Origin: Gammaproteobacteria bacterium
GTDB lineage: Bacteria; Pseudomonadota; Gammaproteobacteria; Arenicellales; JAJDZL01
Length of the DNA stretch: 64,000 nucleotides
NCBI GenBank assembly: GCA_022823625.1
Contig: JAJEHQ010000038.1
Span: 527-64,526 of the forward strand
Direction: 5' to 3'
Both the position numbers and the translations under genes were made by a program. The notes below the pieces were generated by a model. It was not told the DNA's origin and did not search any database. It worked only from the letters and a program-made list of their open reading frames with translations. This document shows, in pieces, positions 59,411 to 64,000 of this stretch (position 1 is its first letter; the number at the start of each line of letters is the position of its first letter).

Positions 59411-59450
59411 TCGCCGGGCAGAAGAATTCGCGAATTCTTCTGCCCGGCGA
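59411..59450 (-). terminator. 40-nt perfect palindrome, probable bidirectional terminator after the LysM lipoprotein gene
   Basis: TCGCCGGGCAGAAGAATTCG|CGAATTCTTCTGCCCGGCGA, about 100 nt downstream of the LysM lipoprotein gene stop (3 nt at 59552-59554) and upstream of the slt start. On the minus strand it is followed by an A/T-rich tract (ATTTTAGATT). Confidence 0.6.
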
Positions 59451-59551
59451 TGAGCGAAATTGGTTATTGAGAGAGATTTTACTCTCTGAGTAGTTAACCG
59501 CATCCTTTCGGAACTACTCCAAATTGAACGCGAATTAGCTGTCAGCAATCA

Positions 59552-59998
59552 CTACATAGAGTTTGCACGATACTGCAAGTCAGATTCTTCAATTACTCCG
59601 ATTGCCCAGGCACCTCGATTCTTGGCGTGTGCTACAGCTGCATCGATGTCGGCGCGAACAAGGTCACGCGGGATGGAAAGTTCCTGACCCGGATGAATCA
59701 GGTCGGCATCCTCAATATCTTTGTTGTGACCGTAAATTAGTGGCCAGCGAAAAGAATCGTTGTAAATGGAAGTCAAACCTGAAATAGACCACAGACTTTC
59801 ACCTGCTGACACGACATGAGTGTCATCTGAAACTACCAAAGGTGCAACCTCTTCCATGACCTCGACAACCTCTTCCATTGGTTCTTCTACAACTTCCGGT
59901 TCGGCTCTTGGAGCGCAGGCGGCAATTGATAGGGCGAAAAGGGAAATTAAGCCCAAAATCACCAAACGAAAACTAGTCAGATTTCTTGTTTTGAACAT
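59552..59998 (-). CDS. LysM-domain lipoprotein
   Basis: Lipobox LSIAAC-A, acidic linker, and LysM motif HVVSAGESLWSISG...HPGQELSIP. Confidence 0.8.
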   Translation of the reverse strand: MFKTRNLTSFRLVILGLISLFALSIAACAPRAEPEVVEEPMEEVVEVMEEVAPLVVSDDTHVVSAGESLWSISGLTSIYNDSFRWPLIYGHNKDIEDADLIHPGQELSIPRDLVRADIDAAVAHAKNRGAWAIGVIEESDLQYRANSM

Positions 59999-60142
59999 AT
60001 TGGCAAGCCTTTTACTTCGCGATTAGATAAAAAGTATTTGTTTTCAATCTCATTATAGTAGGATAAATTTATTTTCTTTGAAATTTGAATCGCAATTCTG
60101 TTGATGTTTAATGGATTTTGTAAATTCTGTTTCACTAAAGAT

Positions 60143-61000
60143 TTAGTGGGTTGACCAGTCAAGCCATACCGATGAGGACGAACTCAAATTTACCGATCGT
60201 TCGAGAATATCAAGATATGAGTTTCGAGAAATTTCTCTCGCACCCAAACTGAAAAGCAAAGGGGTGGGTTCCTGGCAGTCAATCAATTCAAATCCTGATT
60301 GTCTAAGGTGATGAGTCAAGTGATAGAGGGCAACTTTAGATGCGTCCGACTTTAAAGAAAACATGCTTTCGCCGAAAAACATACGACCCAGACTGACACC
60401 ATAGAGGCCCCCGATTAGATTGCCGTTATGCCACGTTTCTACAGAATGTGCATGTCCATGTCTGTGTAATTCCTGATAGGCATCAATAATTTCTTGGCTG
60501 ATCCAGGTTGGCAAAGATCCAAAAATCTCGTAACTCTGCTCACGAGTATCGCACTCCAGAGTCATCACACCTTCCTGGAAATCAACTTTAAGGTGCCCAG
60601 CTTTATGGTAGTCCAGCAACCAATCCAGTTTGCGCTGTTCCATGAGGTTATCTGGCACTGCAAAGCTGAATTTTCTGGGGGGCAATCGCTCCGCGCAATG
60701 TTGAATGACTCTTCCAAAAGCCTGGTTTAGGGTAACTGAGTAATTTCGGTTTTTGACACTTTTACGCAGGCTTCTAGACGGTTTAAATTCATTCAGGAAG
60801 AGAACGGTACGCGGATCAGGGCACCACCAGGTGACCTGATCCAGTGCGCTTTCCGGCTTTGGATAAAATCCAAGGCGGTACGCCTCAATCAGGGCTGCAA
60901 CGGATAGATCGGTATCGATCGTCAAAGGTGCGTCACCTCGCACCTTGCGTGGGTCTGGAAAACGTTCCACTGGTGACGAACTTGAGACAAGTTTATTCAT
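60143..61000 (-). CDS. aat: Leucyl/phenylalanyl-tRNA--protein transferase (with an internal ~55-aa insertion)
   Basis: LIEAYRLGFYP, WWCPDPR, TWISQEIIDAYQELHRHGHAHSVETW, GESMFS. ATG 61000 chosen; the listed 61114 start adds 38 non-conserved residues and overlaps the upstream gene heavily. Confidence 0.85.
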   Translation of the reverse strand: MNKLVSSSSPVERFPDPRKVRGDAPLTIDTDLSVAALIEAYRLGFYPKPESALDQVTWWCPDPRTVLFLNEFKPSRSLRKSVKNRNYSVTLNQAFGRVIQHCAERLPPRKFSFAVPDNLMEQRKLDWLLDYHKAGHLKVDFQEGVMTLECDTREQSYEIFGSLPTWISQEIIDAYQELHRHGHAHSVETWHNGNLIGGLYGVSLGRMFFGESMFSLKSDASKVALYHLTHHLRQSGFELIDCQEPTPLLFSLGAREISRNSYLDILERSVNLSSSSSVWLDWSTH

Positions 61001-62198
61001 GAAGAGCAGACTCTGTAGGCCTCTTGGCGTATGCGGAGTAGTAATCAAGTGCCTCACAGTAGGCTTGCATGTGGGAAGTTTCACGGTCAATATAGTGACC
61101 GATTTCCACCTCAATTGATGGGGACAGGAATGAATGGCTGGATCTTGCCAATCTGGGCAAGAATCCCCGACTCAGTTTGTGATCTCCCTGAACACCTGCG
61201 CTGTATTCGCTCAGGCCTTTTTCGATGCAGTATTCAATTGCCGCATAGTAACAGATTTCAAAATGAAGGTTTCGAAACTCCGCTAGAGTTCCCCAATAGC
61301 GGCCGAATAGTTTGTTTTTTCCTTGCAGGCAAAATGATCCAGCAACTGGATTTTGATCGATGTGCGCAAGAAAAAGCACCAGATTTTCCGGAATCGTTTG
61401 TCCAATTCTTTGAAAAAAGTCCAATGAGAGGTACTTGTGAGAACGGTATTTTTCAACGGTTTGCTGAATAAAGAGATCAATTAGTTTCCAGTGTGACGGT
61501 TCAAGCTCCTCTCCTTGGACAACATCGATAGAAATTCCCTGTTTGCTAATTGAACGCCTCTCGCTTCTGATCTTCTTGCGCTTTCGACTGGAGAGTGCGC
61601 CAAGAAAGTCATCCATAGAATTGTAGCCCTGGTTGTTCCAGATGTACTCAAATGTGCTGGCACGATTCAAAAACTCCAACGAGTTCAGTGTCGCAGAATC
61701 TTCTTCAGAAACGAAGTGCCAGTGAGTCGACGACAAATTAAACTGTCGGGCTAATTTTTGTGCAGTACGGACGATTAGTTGCCGGGTCTTCGAGGCTCGA
61801 TGGTCATCGGGAACGAGCAGTTTAGGAGCCGTGACCGGTGTAAACGGTGTGTGGGAAATTAACTTTGGATAGTAGTTCAGTCCCGCCTGCTCATAGCCGT
61901 GTGCCCAATTAAAATCAAATATAAATTCACCCCAGGAATGGCCTTTCAGATAAAGCGGTGCTGCTCCGATGACTTCCTGATTCTGACTTGATAAATTTCG
62001 TATTAAAATGTGTTGCGGTGCCCAACCGGTATTTTTCGAAACACAGCCTGATTCCTCCAGCGCGTGGAGAAATTCATGGAACAAAAACGGGTAATCCGCG
62101 GGCACGATGCGATTCCAGTCTCGTGCGTTAATTTGGCCAATTGAGTCCACAATTTCAAATGCCAGCGAATTTTCTTGATCTGATATTTCAGAAGCCAA
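60993..62198 (-). CDS. FemAB-like/GNAT-fold protein of unknown function (COG3146, PF04339-like)
   Basis: INARDWNRIVPADYPFLFHEFLHALEESGCV..GWAPQHIL is a typical N-terminus for this family as I remember it; 401 aa. Confidence 0.6.
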   Translation of the reverse strand: MASEISDQENSLAFEIVDSIGQINARDWNRIVPADYPFLFHEFLHALEESGCVSKNTGWAPQHILIRNLSSQNQEVIGAAPLYLKGHSWGEFIFDFNWAHGYEQAGLNYYPKLISHTPFTPVTAPKLLVPDDHRASKTRQLIVRTAQKLARQFNLSSTHWHFVSEEDSATLNSLEFLNRASTFEYIWNNQGYNSMDDFLGALSSRKRKKIRSERRSISKQGISIDVVQGEELEPSHWKLIDLFIQQTVEKYRSHKYLSLDFFQRIGQTIPENLVLFLAHIDQNPVAGSFCLQGKNKLFGRYWGTLAEFRNLHFEICYYAAIEYCIEKGLSEYSAGVQGDHKLSRGFLPRLARSSHSFLSPSIEVEIGHYIDRETSHMQAYCEALDYYSAYAKRPTESALHE

Positions 62199-62255
62199 TG
62201 ATCACTCCGTTAAGGCGATTTTGGGATGCTGATTCTCTAAAAGTATATTAAATAG

Positions 62256-63878
62256 ATGACTGCAGACTTTGGAGTGGCGTTAGCCCAATTGAACTTGGTG
62301 GTGGGCGACTTGGCTGGCAATGTGGATCGAATCACCGATGCTGCAGTTTATGCCCGCGATGACTTGAACTGTCGCTTTGTTGTATTTCCGGAGCTCGCAA
62401 TTTGCGGCTATCCACCCGAAGATCTGCTTCAGCGATCAGAGTTTCTCTCCGATTGTGAAACAGCGTTGAATCGCCTGGTTGAGGCGGTTTCGGGTATCGC
62501 ACTCGTTGTCGGTCACCCTTGCCGCTCGGAAGGCAAGCTGTTTAACTCGGCTTCGCTGATCGACTCTGGAAAAATTCTCGCCACCTACCACAAGTACCAC
62601 TTGCCCAACTACGGTGTTTTTGACGAAAAGCGTTATTTTGCTCAGGGCGACAGGACCGAAGTGGTTAAGGTGGATGACATTCCAATAGGCCTCACCATCT
62701 GTGAAGACGTATGGGAAGACGGTCCTGTAGAACGCTGTGTAGAAAGCGGAGCTGAGATCATTTTTACTCTCAACGGTTCGCCATTCGATACCAGCAAAAT
62801 TGAGTACCGGGAAAACGAAATTGTCGCGGCTCGTAGTAAGAAAAACGCAGTCAGTATTGTTTATGTCAATCTGGTTGGTGGTCAGGACGAGTTGGTTTTT
62901 GATGGCGGTTCGCTTGTAACTGACCCAAGTGGAGAAATCCGGTTTCGCGCCAAACACTTTGAGGAGGCTGTGGTACCAACTCGGTTCGCACATCGCGAAC
63001 GGGTGGAATGCTTGTCCGGCATTGTTGAACCAACACCCAACCCTGTGGAGAGCATATATAGTGCGATTACCCTGGGCGTTCGGGACTACGTGCAAAAAAA
63101 TGGCTTTCGAGGTGCAGTAATCGGCTTGTCGGGTGGAATTGATTCAGCGTTAACCCTTGCAATTCTGGCCGATGCATTGGGTGCTGAAAATGTGGAAGCT
63201 GTTCTCATGCCCTCTCGCTATACCCAGCAAATGAGTATCGACGATGCTAAATCTGAAGCGGAGGCGCTTGGAGTGAGGTGGACAATCATCTCCATTGAAC
63301 CGATTTTTCAAGCGTTTCTTGATCAGTTGCGTCCAAGGTTCGAGGGATACAGCGTCGATGTGACCGAGGAAAATGTCCAGGCTCGCTGTCGGGGAACTCT
63401 GCTCATGGCCATCTCCAACAAGAGCAATTCAATTGTGATTACGACTGGAAACAAGAGTGAGGTCGCAGTTGGATATTCAACGCTTTACGGCGATATGGCT
63501 GGTGGATTTTCTGCGATTAAGGATGTGCCGAAAATGATGGTTTACGAATTGGCCAGATATCGCAATGCTAAATTTGGAGCCGCTATTCCCCAACGGGTGT
63601 TTGATCGACCACCCACCGCGGAGCTCGCGGATGATCAGAAGGACAGTGATTCATTACCGCCTTATGAAGAACTGGACGCAATTATTGAGGCGTATGTCGA
63701 GGATGTTCGTTCAATCGAAGAAATTGCGGAGGATGGGTTCGAGTTGGAAACGGTTCGCCGCGTTGTCAGGATGATCAATCGAAACGAATACAAACGCAAG
63801 CAGGCCCCGCCTGGGGTGAGAATTACTTCACGTGCATTTGGACGCGATAGACGCTATCCGACTACTAGCAAGTTCTGA
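62256..63878 (+). CDS. nadE: Glutamine-dependent NAD+ synthetase
   Basis: N-terminal CN-hydrolase domain (VVFPELAICGYPPEDL..ICEDVW) plus NAD synthetase domain (GLSGGIDSAL); 540 aa. Confidence 0.93.
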   Translation: MTADFGVALAQLNLVVGDLAGNVDRITDAAVYARDDLNCRFVVFPELAICGYPPEDLLQRSEFLSDCETALNRLVEAVSGIALVVGHPCRSEGKLFNSASLIDSGKILATYHKYHLPNYGVFDEKRYFAQGDRTEVVKVDDIPIGLTICEDVWEDGPVERCVESGAEIIFTLNGSPFDTSKIEYRENEIVAARSKKNAVSIVYVNLVGGQDELVFDGGSLVTDPSGEIRFRAKHFEEAVVPTRFAHRERVECLSGIVEPTPNPVESIYSAITLGVRDYVQKNGFRGAVIGLSGGIDSALTLAILADALGAENVEAVLMPSRYTQQMSIDDAKSEAEALGVRWTIISIEPIFQAFLDQLRPRFEGYSVDVTEENVQARCRGTLLMAISNKSNSIVITTGNKSEVAVGYSTLYGDMAGGFSAIKDVPKMMVYELARYRNAKFGAAIPQRVFDRPPTAELADDQKDSDSLPPYEELDAIIEAYVEDVRSIEEIAEDGFELETVRRVVRMINRNEYKRKQAPPGVRITSRAFGRDRRYPTTSKF

Positions 63879-64000
63879 TGTGTGCCTCCGACCGTTTTGT
63901 TGACTGGAGTAGGTTTTATGGGTTTGATGTTACTCGTCTTACTCAAAATCGGACTCTAGTGCCGCGTCATCAAATATCGCACTCACGTCTGTCAGGTAGA

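Noticed and set aside
59411-59450. The 40-nt perfect palindrome containing two EcoRI sites, considered as a REP/MITE-like mobile repeat.
   Set aside because: There is only one copy in the window, and it sits exactly where a terminator for the LysM lipoprotein gene is expected. The terminator explanation is sufficient.
1-64000. Search for CRISPR arrays, rRNA genes, integrases, and prophage structural genes.
   Set aside because: I saw no regularly spaced repeats, no rRNA-like sequence, and no tyrosine or serine recombinase motifs in any listed ORF.

Overview
This looks like a chromosomal segment of a Gammaproteobacterium. I infer that from gene order only: ndk-rlmN-hisS-yfgM-bamB-der, xseA/guaBA, xseB-ispA-dxs-folE2, fdxA/mutS. 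Roughly two thirds is ordinary housekeeping backbone, interrupted by five accessory patches. (1) nt 1-6300, upstream of a tRNA-Glu(UUC): a partial M-S-fused N6-adenine methyltransferase, an IS1595-type transposase, hipBA, and an HTH + minimal nucleotidyltransferase (AbiE-like) pair. (2) nt 10436-19121: an ~8.7 kb island inserted in the thpR/hydratase spacer. It is bounded by a diverged direct duplication of that whole spacer, and the left copy is split by a decayed IS1634-type element. The cargo is an HNH endonuclease, a Dcm-type m5C methyltransferase, a multiply broken vsr, and a tightly coupled four-gene operon. That operon is built around a 625-aa GHKL (Bergerat-fold) ATPase with three partners I cannot place in any family. 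It is my top candidate for an undescribed, probably defence-type, system. (3) 20261-21932: an islet between fdxA and mutS with an orphan antidote-type HTH gene behind an 18-bp perfect palindrome, plus an unknown 206-aa gene. (4) ~29.0-30.9 kb: a DUF4143-type AAA ATPase preceded by a duplicated palindromic module. (5) 45.3-48.2 kb, directly 3' of guaA: a DehI-like protein, an amber-interrupted antitoxin gene, an AbrB-type antitoxin/Doc pair, and ~0.5 kb of gene-less DNA. I saw no rRNA, CRISPR array or integrase gene. All family assignments come from motif recognition by eye and remembered family consensus; no searches or statistics were run.
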